Source of the DNA: a virus
Lineage: Duplodnaviria; Caudoviricetes
Virus record (IMG/VR): IMGVR_UViG_3300025084_000011
Coordinates: 19,534-83,533 of that record
Length of the DNA: 64,000 nt
Strand: one strand, 5' to 3'
In this document: positions 9,001 to 16,617 of the stretch, one piece after another
How positions within the stretch are numbered: position 1 is the stretch's first letter
Layout: the number at the start of each line of letters is the position of its first letter
Translations under genes and position numbers: made by a program
Notes under the pieces: generated by a model
The model's input: only the letters and a program-made list of their open reading frames with translations
The model's database searches: none
Told to the model about the DNA's origin: nothing

Positions 9001-11608
9001 CTATGTTCTCAATGCAACACCAACGCAATTTGAGATCACAAGAGAAATCAGACATGATGCAAGATTCTCTCGCTTCGCAGTTGACACAAGAACTTCTGGG
9101 CAGCAGCAACTGCAAAGTCCCGTAAGATCTGGTCTTGTACGTCAATCAACTACATACGGCACAAGAGATATCGACAACCCTGTCAGTGGTGGTTTTAACC
9201 TCGCAGACGTGGTTGTGGGCACTACATCTACTGCAAGTTCTGAGATTGTTCGGAACAAGAATAACTCTGCTGACATCATCAAACTGTATTACAGGTACAC
9301 CATCAGACTTGCCACTGGCAGGTTCACAGTTGGTGAGCAAGTACAAGTTCAAGGTGGTGGTGCCAACAACGGTATCGTCATGCAGACCTCAGTCCTCACG
9401 GGCGATAATGAGGATGAAGGTTGGGTGTACATCGAGAATATCACGGGTACGCTTAGCAGCACTCAGGTGCTCGAAGGTGTGGACAGTGGAATCACAGCAG
9501 AACTCAGCAGTGACGGCACAACTCGCATGTTGATCAATACTGATCGTGGTGGGTTTACTAACGGTGAGATTATCTTCAACAAAGATAACGGCGCTGAGGC
9601 AACCATTGTTTCCTTCGAGAACTCTGCTGGTATCTTGACTGGTAACAGCGGTGGTCGTATCACGATCGATATCGAAACTCTGCAAGATGACTTCACTGAC
9701 GGTGACATCATTTACGGTTCTATCACTGACAAGATTCTTGACATTGGTAAGATCAGCAAAGAAGGATTCAGAGACATTGAACTTAATCAGTTCGTACACG
9801 CGGTTAAGACGATCGAGTGTGATGTCAACAGCGTCCTGAGAGATCAAGGTTTCGAGGGTGACTTCAAGAGAGGTGATATTGTTTATCTCCTTTCAGGTGG
9901 TGTACCTAAGGTTCCTGGTTGGACTGCTCTCGTTACAGATTATGTGTACGAGGAAGGCGTTCAGCATAAGATCTGGATCGCGAACTTGACACCATTTGGC
10001 GCTGCTGCTGATGGCACTACAACCACAGATCCTCAGGAACTAATAGGCGGTGGATTAGGTAGATTTGAAAACCTCAATAACTTCCCAATCATCTCCTGTG
10101 ATATTACTACGGTTACTGAGACCAACTACACGTCCTACGGTAAGGTTTCTGGCAAGTCAATTAGTGGCGATACAGGTCGCCTATGGTTGGAAGATGTTAA
10201 TGGTGATTTCCCATCAAACTTGACAATCAGATCCGACTATGGATGGTCTGCTGGTGTTACCCAAGCGAAGAATCTCTTGGGTCGCTGCGATAGGTTCTTC
10301 CGTGGATTCGATGGCATTGCTGATACCTTCAAACTGACGGTTAGCAATGGTGAAGCATACTTCCCAGATCCCGCTGGTCACCTACTCGTCTTTGTTAATG
10401 GTGTTATGCAACCTCCTGGTGCTAACTTCGCATACACTGCATTCTCTGACCAGATCACGTTCACTGAACCACCTACCATTGGATCTGAATTCATTGGTTA
10501 CTACGTGGGTAAACTGAGACAACTGGATGATATCTCGTTTGAGTTTGACTCCTTGCGCTCGTCCTTCAACCTGAAATATCAGGGTGGATTCTACTCACTG
10601 ACGCTGACTGAGGGCGTTTCGTCTAACACGATTCTTCCAGAAAACAACATCATCGTCTCGCTCAATGGTGTTATTCAGGAAGCAGGTATTGGTTATGAAC
10701 TGGTTGGTTCTAGAATCATCTTCGCTGAGATTCCTCGTGCAGGATCGACATTCGTTGCCTTCTCTTACATCGGTTCCGACGCTGACGTTATCGCAGCAAC
10801 TGTCGTGCCACCGATCGAAGCAGGCGATGTTCTACAAATCGAAGGTGAAGCAGACGAACGTGAAGTTGCTCTGATTGAGTCTTCCAACTCACTGATCACC
10901 TTCGAGTACACAGGCACAGTTAAGGGTCGTGGTGCTACCGCTCTTGCATCAATCAAGTCTGGTGAAATCACTAAGGCAATTATCACCGCACCTGGTGATG
11001 GTTACTCCTCGCGCCCGAACGTGGATGTGGTTTCCTCCACTGGTTTTGACGGTCGTGTTCGTGCCCTAATGGGTCTATTGAGAATTGATGTCAAGACTCC
11101 TGGTATTGATTATCAGCAACCAATTGTTGATGTTCAGACTACCGTCGAAGATGATTTTGTTGCTCCTAGTGGACCTGCTGTTAACCAAGGTTTCGACACC
11201 TACGCTGGTGAGGGCACTGACGCTCAGGGCAACCCAATCGTCATCATCCCTGGTTATATCAACGTCGCATCACAACCTGTGAACGTGACAGTGAACCAAG
11301 GTCAGACTGCATCCTTCACCATTGTCGCTCAGTTCATCAACAGTTCTGACAATCAGATTGGATCTACTGCTCTGAACTATCAGTGGCAGCGTAAGCAGTA
11401 TGGCGAAACTAACTGGTCGAACATCACTGGTTCTACCAGTGCCACATACACATCATTGACTGCCGAACAAGCAGATGATGGTGATGAGTTCCGTGTTGCA
11501 GTTACTGCTGCTGGTGCTACACCAATCTACTCCAACTCTGTGATCCTCACAGTACAGACTGGTGCAACTGTTGTTAACAACTTCAACCCGACTCAGATTT
11601 TTCAATAA
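2..11608 (+). CDS. Giant baseplate wedge/virion structural protein (gp7-like position), 5'-truncated by the window edge; contains LamG-like, Ig-like and multiple repeat domains
   Basis: Frame is open from base 2 (IGPINSIRLISPGG...), so the 182 start is an artefact. Motif IQDSFFYQNFSYVIKS...HPVGFSMFG (~1340-1465) is typical of T4-like wedge proteins. LamG-like block FTIEMWIR...WHHIAVSR...LWVNG (~5050-5430). C-terminal Ig-like domain (~11270-11560). Lies upstream of g8. Confidence 0.7.
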   Translation: MGPINSIRLISPGGFYKKLPIISDIASDRKIEKLRITAAGTEYAPGVYTQISIDGDGEGALCNITVELDAETGSGAISDVALTDPGKGYTFATIDIDGIPGILGATLAGSGGAIEVVIPDEGTGAAVFLTGTQIGKIKTLKNNEFGYGYSHDYTLRPEIAFPINLQLFNTSILSQIKITNPGAGYTSAPAVLISGGGGVNAEAEAVVKNNRLSEILIKNPGSGYSSQPIVTLKSEFTYVVNLDLNYLQFNFPHGITTGAEVQFRADNIGSTEGILPKPSSVGLTSLSASQTYYAIAGDANGLESDQLRFGLTPVDAESGNFITFLTQGDGRQVLLTEVFGGQAEAVVETSRFLEGEQVFQGETFETATAFGIVSENDGWQIQPKILKVTNPDGDFVVGGKVQGIISRASGVIDNLNIAKGVLNIDAITKTAGRFTDDVGKPSEIVQKIQDSFFYQNFSYVIKSQIPINKWKNQILENNHPVGFSMFGQLELTGGKDISGRKVAADFTKQVNINEYTNVNEITSFGAAQPIYSTFNNSEVLFRKKRLTNSEEILTSIVKKIDSISSQFDGVTKAFPITVEGNQVIVNENQLLVTLNGVIQSPGNAYNVVGGSIVFSEAPRPDSKVVYRNISFDIMPITRLNLNTIAGIFPSIGDTVNGFTTQTTARVVATGATSIDVVDIGSGTGTFDLNERVDVGRTGFSALIGSIDKSFTKLFLQSIGGTFGTILIGDIVTGQTTGARATVTSIDLTDQSIQVTDMSNGYFDRGEDIQFFAAGYGANILNVDSVNYKTIFEFGESLTGLDNDTAIVEETNLDLDGNVSDKLVLSKTSGTAEYETGAYNLLLNDIFYSASSNIAGRITQISPYRDPITSINIERPSTVTGEWASFQEGDQFLGLTSGARGEVVRIDYEASPPILYYLRKTEQNFNLDPNTIDPTDGDQTAVSETVQKYENDVNGNEVLDSLTETLLGEARIGDVVDTLVINRGSTFFGMIFERLISLTNQNQILDDVSKTTITPVEILDSSDRINADFLDFEEVRSTEIEYEDLTGGTLAVGDKLRSIQVTYGNPVTDSLNRWKDAGRMIEFNRQEIVDFANAEISVEHPAFYYPGDNQTDQFSRFADSYRLIAKNKEYIIAKSYADMVVEYPLLTIPSSTKCKRDIGKYIDALSMDMFQGGTVYTRKLLQSYFSTDGLTFLYIDGEEQATEYAFEQALNYMKDALTNMLTGSEVVDGVTYVKYDERSSGGSSGTGITADPSPGNNYGTAGSNAINYGATNCSDVQSALTTLFTNVSEVLLAGSLSDLIDLSEPNTYSANETKCRRDIGLMVDALAADIAGDGNYQIVEFTKKYFDNAGTPISNGLVGEVAESLTAFRKAGEMCRKAINNLLYVQVNTRTAETGYMLKDPTTYAGPYLGSSGTELTEFDVSNAAYVSGSGIMTLTIGSHSLTTSDSITIRPYSLRFTCSSDSNATFHDYPRTGDPAFNTPLTIDAVTATTIEVNVGASPAGQQYAHTFISAIDNAVFQGGGGAAAYYDPNYYSGRNESIQHCADVQAGIHTLVELAATAIGAGSLTSINSLAVVSDGSYQINENLRVYKLSYKDPGGNGFFIPGDVIKGATSGATFLAKGANSGLKWLYTNSVTGTFQDREILSNTKLTSSNAVLTGLIKKSGSKSLRLDAGGYLSHELSEVQKFGTDDFTIEMWIRPTTLSGLQYLWDTRTSGAAEVGSPVLYLNGSNISWYLNGSDQISGAHNLGTDAWHHIAVSRTTNITKLWVNGTQVGGDFTDNTNYLERAFKIGADLTNANGFVGWIDNIIIKKGVSDYTATFTPGSTYPTTTNDISFGMSMELPLIMSDQERYGVYTGQTNSSATAKSIDFDNKQFIIEDINLARDEHRKCADLIELNYDWIAQVAIGLMKEKYSDFLIPGDTLDGVGTQQGTNKCLRDTKEYILKAIVEDIKYGGNYNSVIAGRGYLTKDGGLNYVGNELLQSIYTWTELANVVNYVITTTSGDLETYNGTKYTELLRIPNNFTSPASTAVTDEITALSNTIADIIGPTGDRFRDAGDMIWKNRSYIAEETVGYLQANYIKEINGTTYDFLTMPGYGDSYCERDIKQHILPAVVTDLITGGNSATQYVIDQYINVNDQIIHIENELGPMLDAFTFIKKLVHHAVNNTLLSKGTTAAEFSVDFEYQDDYYIAQWTDLPAYKDNTLIIDSKGYEGGNSSDVNKNLDVADLIEANKHVIAREAVYTMNDMSKYLDLAVPGGAQNCIDDVIDVLDAVIHDMRFGGNSKTWDAAALYLNEEDDSLKHIEGEVDASIDVYKIAAEICILTMRNGFGRDNLYIYQEDGGVDPVTGQPISGGSSLDSVDVSTYERNGADDRFVDAGNVIDRNIRLIAEEAVAQGLAQYPSLTINGSGGSGGVKKTPTSATYNQANGDMTLTVVGHGLSTSDRVTIKPGSIVFTCTSNANATEHAYPRQSDPAYNTSLAISAATTDTFTVNVGAAAAEYQYAHTFVSAQQDAVVTNGYIDCVHDVTDVLSAMVWNLKYGGNNKVFKSAELYVSGSNLQHIVGVSTESIWILNKARDLAIQAMRDETITITAAHGFSQKTYTDLDYFPYSEGGYAITVDTDSPKCADVASAITSMMSIVTDTITTPASIEDGTITKTLPFIWPVKYSPEYVQRDVSVTYEDGSDWNQVCATQATNIETLFDIVIDTISTANAGNASYLNGVTRDTGYNANTDYQYYTCYNVTSASDTLFELMEETLGGGSKSDKAVARRILWNKHAVSLKAFSEVQTAYPATLAEQSFGDALLDGLLYDLNTGGNIGILRIVNTWFDGEGNFIAFPDVTKQHLLWYVTRISEYAKRILDDYNDNLVGGEWYGYDIYLDETHINTGAIEHRFEYEQESTQFKIDSSLNAAYFAISRGTPPAQNSVQWTNNVHANNAQNLYDEGNDWNTDPDLIINTPTVEVGFERRENRIIIQRPNFYSRGDILQYAIASADVESAFANQDYFYVLNATPTQFEITREIRHDARFSRFAVDTRTSGQQQLQSPVRSGLVRQSTTYGTRDIDNPVSGGFNLADVVVGTTSTASSEIVRNKNNSADIIKLYYRYTIRLATGRFTVGEQVQVQGGGANNGIVMQTSVLTGDNEDEGWVYIENITGTLSSTQVLEGVDSGITAELSSDGTTRMLINTDRGGFTNGEIIFNKDNGAEATIVSFENSAGILTGNSGGRITIDIETLQDDFTDGDIIYGSITDKILDIGKISKEGFRDIELNQFVHAVKTIECDVNSVLRDQGFEGDFKRGDIVYLLSGGVPKVPGWTALVTDYVYEEGVQHKIWIANLTPFGAAADGTTTTDPQELIGGGLGRFENLNNFPIISCDITTVTETNYTSYGKVSGKSISGDTGRLWLEDVNGDFPSNLTIRSDYGWSAGVTQAKNLLGRCDRFFRGFDGIADTFKLTVSNGEAYFPDPAGHLLVFVNGVMQPPGANFAYTAFSDQITFTEPPTIGSEFIGYYVGKLRQLDDISFEFDSLRSSFNLKYQGGFYSLTLTEGVSSNTILPENNIIVSLNGVIQEAGIGYELVGSRIIFAEIPRAGSTFVAFSYIGSDADVIAATVVPPIEAGDVLQIEGEADEREVALIESSNSLITFEYTGTVKGRGATALASIKSGEITKAIITAPGDGYSSRPNVDVVSSTGFDGRVRALMGLLRIDVKTPGIDYQQPIVDVQTTVEDDFVAPSGPAVNQGFDTYAGEGTDAQGNPIVIIPGYINVASQPVNVTVNQGQTASFTIVAQFINSSDNQIGSTALNYQWQRKQYGETNWSNITGSTSATYTSLTAEQADDGDEFRVAVTAAGATPIYSNSVILTVQTGATVVNNFNPTQIFQ

Positions 11609-11611
11609 ATA
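11604..11611 (+). promoter_or_regulatory. T4-type late promoter (AATAAATA)
   Basis: TAAATA core overlapping the upstream stop codon, 13 nt before the next ATG. Confidence 0.6.
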
Positions 11612-11624
11612 GATAAAAAGCACA

Positions 11625-13229
11625 ATGACAGCAACCGCTGAATTTAACGCTGGCACTAGGATAATTACCGTAGATGCGGATGGGTTACCAACCCCCGTAG
11701 AATACGGTACATTTCCTAATGTAAATAATCCGAATAGCGTCACTGAGCAAGCATTTGATCATGACTTCTATTATAGAGGTGGCACCTTTGGTGTAACTAG
11801 ACAATTGGATTCCAATGTCTATGTACATGAAGGGTTTTTTATTAGTGTTGCATTGTCAGTTGCTGATAACTCTTTATTGGGTAATCAGATTCAAGTTGGT
11901 GACAGAATTCTTTTTCTGTTTGATGAAGGCACACCAGAAGAAGAGAAGTTAGTATTTACATATAGAGGGACAGAACAAACTGCAATCCCTGGTGAATTTT
12001 GGAGAGAGACTGATCAGAATTTACAACTGGTCATGGAGTATACAGCGACTGGTCGTTCTGGTACATATAGTTATTATGATCAAAGAAATGGCAGGGTCAA
12101 TACACCCTTAGGTGCTATTGGTATTGCTGCTAATGGAGTAGTTTTCTTCAATCCTTCTGCTGGTGCTGGCGGAAACCCACCAGTTAATTTCAGTTGGAAT
12201 GCACACTTCCCAAGTTCACCAGTAACATTTGGTGAAGACAGTTGTGGTGGTCATCCAGAAAACACTGGTCAGTATCACTATCATGATACTGAGTTTTTGG
12301 AGTGTTGGAAGAATGGTGCCGCCATGGCATCTTACAATGATTACTATGGTTCTTCTCAGTATAATGGTGACAATCTAAGACACCCAGATGGGCATTCTAA
12401 AATCTTAGGATATGCATTTGATGGATTTCCTATCTACGGTCCATACCTTTATAGTAATAGTTGGAATGTTAATTCTAATGTCACAACTGCTACCAGTTCG
12501 TATCGTGTCAGATCAGAAGAGGTAGAAAACAGACCAATATATGGTGACTCTCAGCAGAACCCCCCTGCTGGATCCTTGATGGAAGATTGGGAATATGCAG
12601 AAGGTCTGGGTAATTTAGATAGACATAATGGTAGATTTTGCATCACTCCTGAATTTCAGAGTGGTACATATGCATATTTCTTATCTACTGAGGTAGATAG
12701 TGAGAACAATCTACAACCAGTATTCCCATATCTTATGGGTCTAACTTCTCGTGAACTTATAGATCAACCACCAAACAATGGCGCTGCAACACCTCCTGCA
12801 CCTCCTACTGGTGGTGGTGAGGAAGCACCTCCTGCTGTCATTCAAATTGCTTTGCAACCTGCAAATGCAACTTATAATGTCAATCAGACTGTCACATTCT
12901 CGATCACTGCTGCCATCAGTCCAGAAGATGGACCTAAGGCATATCAGTGGTTTAGATCTACTGATGGTGGATTCTCGTTTGCTGTGTTGACTGGTGCAAC
13001 TAATTCAACATATACATTTACAGCATTGAACTACATGTCTGGATATAAATTCAGATGTGAAGTACGTGGTCCTTTGGGTCTAGGTGTGACCCCTGCACAA
13101 AACTCACCTCTAACGTCAGACGTTGCAACTCTGACTGTGACTGGTTTCGGTGATGGTCAAGGTGATGCCGACTTCTCATCTACGGATGCTAAGTTCAGCA
13201 CTACCAGCATCTCCTTCGACGCAACATAA
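11625..13229 (+). CDS. YHYH-domain protein with C-terminal Ig-like domain, probably virion-associated
   Basis: GAIGIAANGVVFF, GGHP..TGQYHYH, GYAFDGFPIYGP and LDRHNGRF motifs; C-terminal QPANAT...YQWFRS...YKFRCEV Ig-like fold. Confidence 0.8.
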   Translation: MTATAEFNAGTRIITVDADGLPTPVEYGTFPNVNNPNSVTEQAFDHDFYYRGGTFGVTRQLDSNVYVHEGFFISVALSVADNSLLGNQIQVGDRILFLFDEGTPEEEKLVFTYRGTEQTAIPGEFWRETDQNLQLVMEYTATGRSGTYSYYDQRNGRVNTPLGAIGIAANGVVFFNPSAGAGGNPPVNFSWNAHFPSSPVTFGEDSCGGHPENTGQYHYHDTEFLECWKNGAAMASYNDYYGSSQYNGDNLRHPDGHSKILGYAFDGFPIYGPYLYSNSWNVNSNVTTATSSYRVRSEEVENRPIYGDSQQNPPAGSLMEDWEYAEGLGNLDRHNGRFCITPEFQSGTYAYFLSTEVDSENNLQPVFPYLMGLTSRELIDQPPNNGAATPPAPPTGGGEEAPPAVIQIALQPANATYNVNQTVTFSITAAISPEDGPKAYQWFRSTDGGFSFAVLTGATNSTYTFTALNYMSGYKFRCEVRGPLGLGVTPAQNSPLTSDVATLTVTGFGDGQGDADFSSTDAKFSTTSISFDAT

Positions 13230-13232
13230 ATA
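13225..13232 (+). promoter_or_regulatory. T4-type late promoter (CATAAATA)
   Basis: TAAATA core at the gene boundary. Confidence 0.6.
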
Positions 13233-13254
13233 GAATTGTAAAAAAAGAACGATC

Positions 13255-14736
13255 ATGGCAAAACAGCTAGTCGGTATTGGATCTTCGGCAAATGATGGTA
13301 CAGGTGATACCCTAAGAGACGGTGCTATTAAATATAATGCCAACTTTGAAGAACTTTATGACAAACTTGGTAACGCTACGGATATCCAACTAGATATCGG
13401 TTCTGCTACTGATGGCCAAGTGCTTAAATGGAGTTCAACACCGAGTGGTGCATTCCGTGCTGGCAACTTTGACACGTTAACTGGTAATCTAGATACCAAC
13501 GGTTTCGATATTGTAACCGATGGTACTGATAATATTATTCTAAAACACACTGGAACAGGTGACATCCAGTTCTGGGGTGGCGGATCTGGATCCGCTTATA
13601 CTTATATCGATGGTGACGATGGATACCTCAAATGGTACGCTCCTTACGCTACTCTGGGCGACCTTCCTGATGCGACTAACCATCATGGTATGTTTGCTCA
13701 CGTTCACAGTTCTGGCAAGGGATACTTTGCCCATGCTGCTGCTTGGATTCCCCTTGTAGACGAGAACCAAAGTATTACCGTCCTTGCCGACGTTGATACT
13801 ACTGTTAATGGTGGTCCCTCTGATGGGCAAGTCCTGAAATGGAATGATGCTAACAGTGCCTGGGAACCTGCTAACGATGAGCAGGGTACTGGTGGTTCTG
13901 GTGGTTCAACTCAGAACTTGTTTGAATCTGTTGATGCTGATACTGGATCTTCAACTGCTTCTGCTCCTAACGATACTCTCGTTATTGCAGGTGGTACTAA
14001 CATTTCCACAACTATGGTTGGTGATACACTGACCATTGATATGACAGGCACCTTGGGTGACCTAAACCAGAATGTGTTTACAACATTCGGTGCTGATAAT
14101 GGAACTGTTAGTGCCACGGTAGTTACTGACTCACTGACATTTACAGGTGGTAGTGGAATTAGCACTAATTTGAATGCTGGGGCAATTACATTCACTAACG
14201 ACTCTCCTAACGTCGTCCAGGACGCTCTGAAAGGGGTTGCAGGTGACACTGGTACATATACTGCAACTGCTGCTGATTCTTCTATCACCATTGCTGGTGG
14301 CACTGGAATCACTACTGCTGTATCTGGATCAACAGTAACGATCACCAACACGGTGGCATTGCCTAGTGCAAACGAAGGTCAGTCATTGATCTATGGCACA
14401 TCTAACTATGAAGCAGTAGCATCTCCTACTCTTAACTTTGCATTTAGTGCTTCTGATAGTAACAACTATACTGTCAATGGACCTGGTATCGATGGACTCA
14501 CCGATGCCACCATTTATGTGTATCGTGGATTTACTTACAGATTTGACAACACAACTGGTGCTAGTCACCCATTAGAACTCAGAGTATCTGATGGTGGTTC
14601 ACAGATTGGTGGAACATCTGGATCTATCAATAGTGTCCAATATTGGACAGTTCCAATGGCTCTTGCTGCTGGTACAACTTATGTGTATCAGTGTAATATT
14701 CATGGCAATATGAAAGGTAACATCGTAGTCGTCTAA
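13255..14736 (+). CDS. Baseplate-attached fibre/connector with gp9/gp10-like N-terminus and C-terminal cupredoxin-like domain
   Basis: N-terminal GIGSSANDGTGDTLRDGAIKYNANFEELY resembles the T4 gp9/gp10 N-terminal motif; C-terminal HP...YQCNIHGNMKG. Confidence 0.7.
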   Translation: MAKQLVGIGSSANDGTGDTLRDGAIKYNANFEELYDKLGNATDIQLDIGSATDGQVLKWSSTPSGAFRAGNFDTLTGNLDTNGFDIVTDGTDNIILKHTGTGDIQFWGGGSGSAYTYIDGDDGYLKWYAPYATLGDLPDATNHHGMFAHVHSSGKGYFAHAAAWIPLVDENQSITVLADVDTTVNGGPSDGQVLKWNDANSAWEPANDEQGTGGSGGSTQNLFESVDADTGSSTASAPNDTLVIAGGTNISTTMVGDTLTIDMTGTLGDLNQNVFTTFGADNGTVSATVVTDSLTFTGGSGISTNLNAGAITFTNDSPNVVQDALKGVAGDTGTYTATAADSSITIAGGTGITTAVSGSTVTITNTVALPSANEGQSLIYGTSNYEAVASPTLNFAFSASDSNNYTVNGPGIDGLTDATIYVYRGFTYRFDNTTGASHPLELRVSDGGSQIGGTSGSINSVQYWTVPMALAAGTTYVYQCNIHGNMKGNIVVV

Positions 14737-16583
14737 TGACAAGAACAGTTCCAGGAAGTGGCGCAACAATTGAACCCGTCTTTAACAGTGTATATGGTGT
14801 AAAAGACGTAATTGTAACCAATGTGGGTAGTGGGTATGATCCTGCTGACCCACCTAGGTTGGTAGTTGGGAACTGTGGTACTCCTATTAGGGATGCTGTT
14901 CTTAAAGCAAATATTGGCGATAACGGCGAATTGCTGTCAGTTGATGTATTAGATCCAGGTGAAGGGTATGATCCTTTACGTTTAGATATTGTTAGTACAG
15001 ATAGCGGCATCGTTGATGCAGATGCAAACATATTTTTGAACCCCGATGGATCGGTAAGTTTCTTACAAGTCAATCAACCTGGTGATGGTTACTTCTCTGC
15101 TGAGGCATACCTCAGAGGTGGTGGTGGATCTGGTGCAGAACTAGTTCCTGTGACTGGTGGTGTGACTGGTCTATCTGTTGAGAACAATGGTAGGAATTAC
15201 ACAGCACAAGATATTACTGTTGTTATTTCTGGTGGTGGTGGATCTGGTGCTAGTGGAGTTGCCGAAGTCAATCAATTTGGTGTTGTAGAAAGCGTCAATG
15301 TAACCACAGAAGGTGAGTTCTTTGAAACACCCCCTATCCTTCAATTGATCGGTGGTGGTGGATCTGGTGCAACAGCAGAAGCAGAAATCAATCTTGGTAG
15401 AATCTCTGCCATCAATCTACTGAATCCTGGTGGTGGTTATACATCAGCACCTCAGGTCATCTTTACTCGTGACACCAATTTAATCAGAAAGCAACGTAAT
15501 AGAACGTCCCTGGTGTCGGACTTCTATAACATGACGGCATTGATTAGAGATTCTCAACCTGCTGACAGTACAATATATGTAGAGACTACTAACGCTTTCC
15601 CTGGTTCTGGTAAGTTCCAGATCGGTAGAGAGATCATTAGATATACAGGTAAGACCGCTATCTCTTTCACTGGTTGTGATAGAGGTATTAACTTCCGCTA
15701 TGACCAGCGTGTAATTCTAGATAATCTAGCAACAGATCCAGCAACAGGACTCTCTGGATATAACTTTACAGTTTCAGATAGAGTCCGAAGAGTTGAGGAA
15801 GATAAGACTAACAAAGTTGCTATTGTGTATGACTGGCTTCCTACTACTAGGGAGTTGTTCTTGACCTTCCAGGTCGATGAACTTGCGTTTATCGATGGTG
15901 GTAGATCCAATGAGAACACTGCTGTGATTCAGTTTATTGCTGGATCAGCAGCATCATCAGGAACTGGTCAAGAACCTCACGTTCTTTTAGACGATGAGGA
16001 AGGTTCTATTGTTACATTTACAGATCCTATCGGCACTCTGGAAGGATTTAGATTTGAAGACGATGATGAAGTTGATGGTGCTGGTGACGGTATCATTGAT
16101 CTGGTAAATACAGATACAGACTTTGAAGATGCTATCAGTCTAGATGGTGGTATTGCAGTATCTCTGTATGGTATCGAAGAAACTGTGGGTGGACAGAACA
16201 CAACTCTGTTCCAACAGGGTGATCAAATTTATGATTCAAGTCTTGTGCCTTTGACATCAACAGTTTCGATTGCTGGTGCTTTGGGTGATGGTGTAGATCA
16301 TACATCTAGAAGTATATTAAAACTGAAAGATACCATCAATACCAATTTCTTAGTCGGTGAGATTGTCACTGGTAGTGTTACTGGTATCACAGCAACTGTT
16401 GAATCATATGTCGGCGTTGCTGATGAGTTTGGTTATAAGTATTTGACAGTGACTAATATTGTCAATAATGGCAATACTTATAAGTTCACAACGTCAGATA
16501 CCATTGCTGGTGGCACCACTGGTGCTAATGGCGTATTTGTTTCACAAGAATACAACAACCTGGTCAGAACTGAACCAGAATAA
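14736..16583 (+). CDS. Baseplate/virion structural protein with Gly-rich (GSGY/GGGGSGA) wedge-type repeats
   Basis: Repeats V..V..GSGY and ISGGGGSGA.A.A shared with the giant upstream protein; lies just before g8. Confidence 0.6.
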   Translation: MTRTVPGSGATIEPVFNSVYGVKDVIVTNVGSGYDPADPPRLVVGNCGTPIRDAVLKANIGDNGELLSVDVLDPGEGYDPLRLDIVSTDSGIVDADANIFLNPDGSVSFLQVNQPGDGYFSAEAYLRGGGGSGAELVPVTGGVTGLSVENNGRNYTAQDITVVISGGGGSGASGVAEVNQFGVVESVNVTTEGEFFETPPILQLIGGGGSGATAEAEINLGRISAINLLNPGGGYTSAPQVIFTRDTNLIRKQRNRTSLVSDFYNMTALIRDSQPADSTIYVETTNAFPGSGKFQIGREIIRYTGKTAISFTGCDRGINFRYDQRVILDNLATDPATGLSGYNFTVSDRVRRVEEDKTNKVAIVYDWLPTTRELFLTFQVDELAFIDGGRSNENTAVIQFIAGSAASSGTGQEPHVLLDDEEGSIVTFTDPIGTLEGFRFEDDDEVDGAGDGIIDLVNTDTDFEDAISLDGGIAVSLYGIEETVGGQNTTLFQQGDQIYDSSLVPLTSTVSIAGALGDGVDHTSRSILKLKDTINTNFLVGEIVTGSVTGITATVESYVGVADEFGYKYLTVTNIVNNGNTYKFTTSDTIAGGTTGANGVFVSQEYNNLVRTEPE

Positions 16584-16587
16584 GTCC

Positions 16588-16595
16588 CCTAAATA
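16588..16595 (+). promoter_or_regulatory. T4-type late promoter (CCTAAATA)
   Basis: Intergenic TAAATA upstream of g8. Confidence 0.6.
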
Positions 16596-16617
16596 AAAGG
16601 AAGGTAACTGCTTAAAG

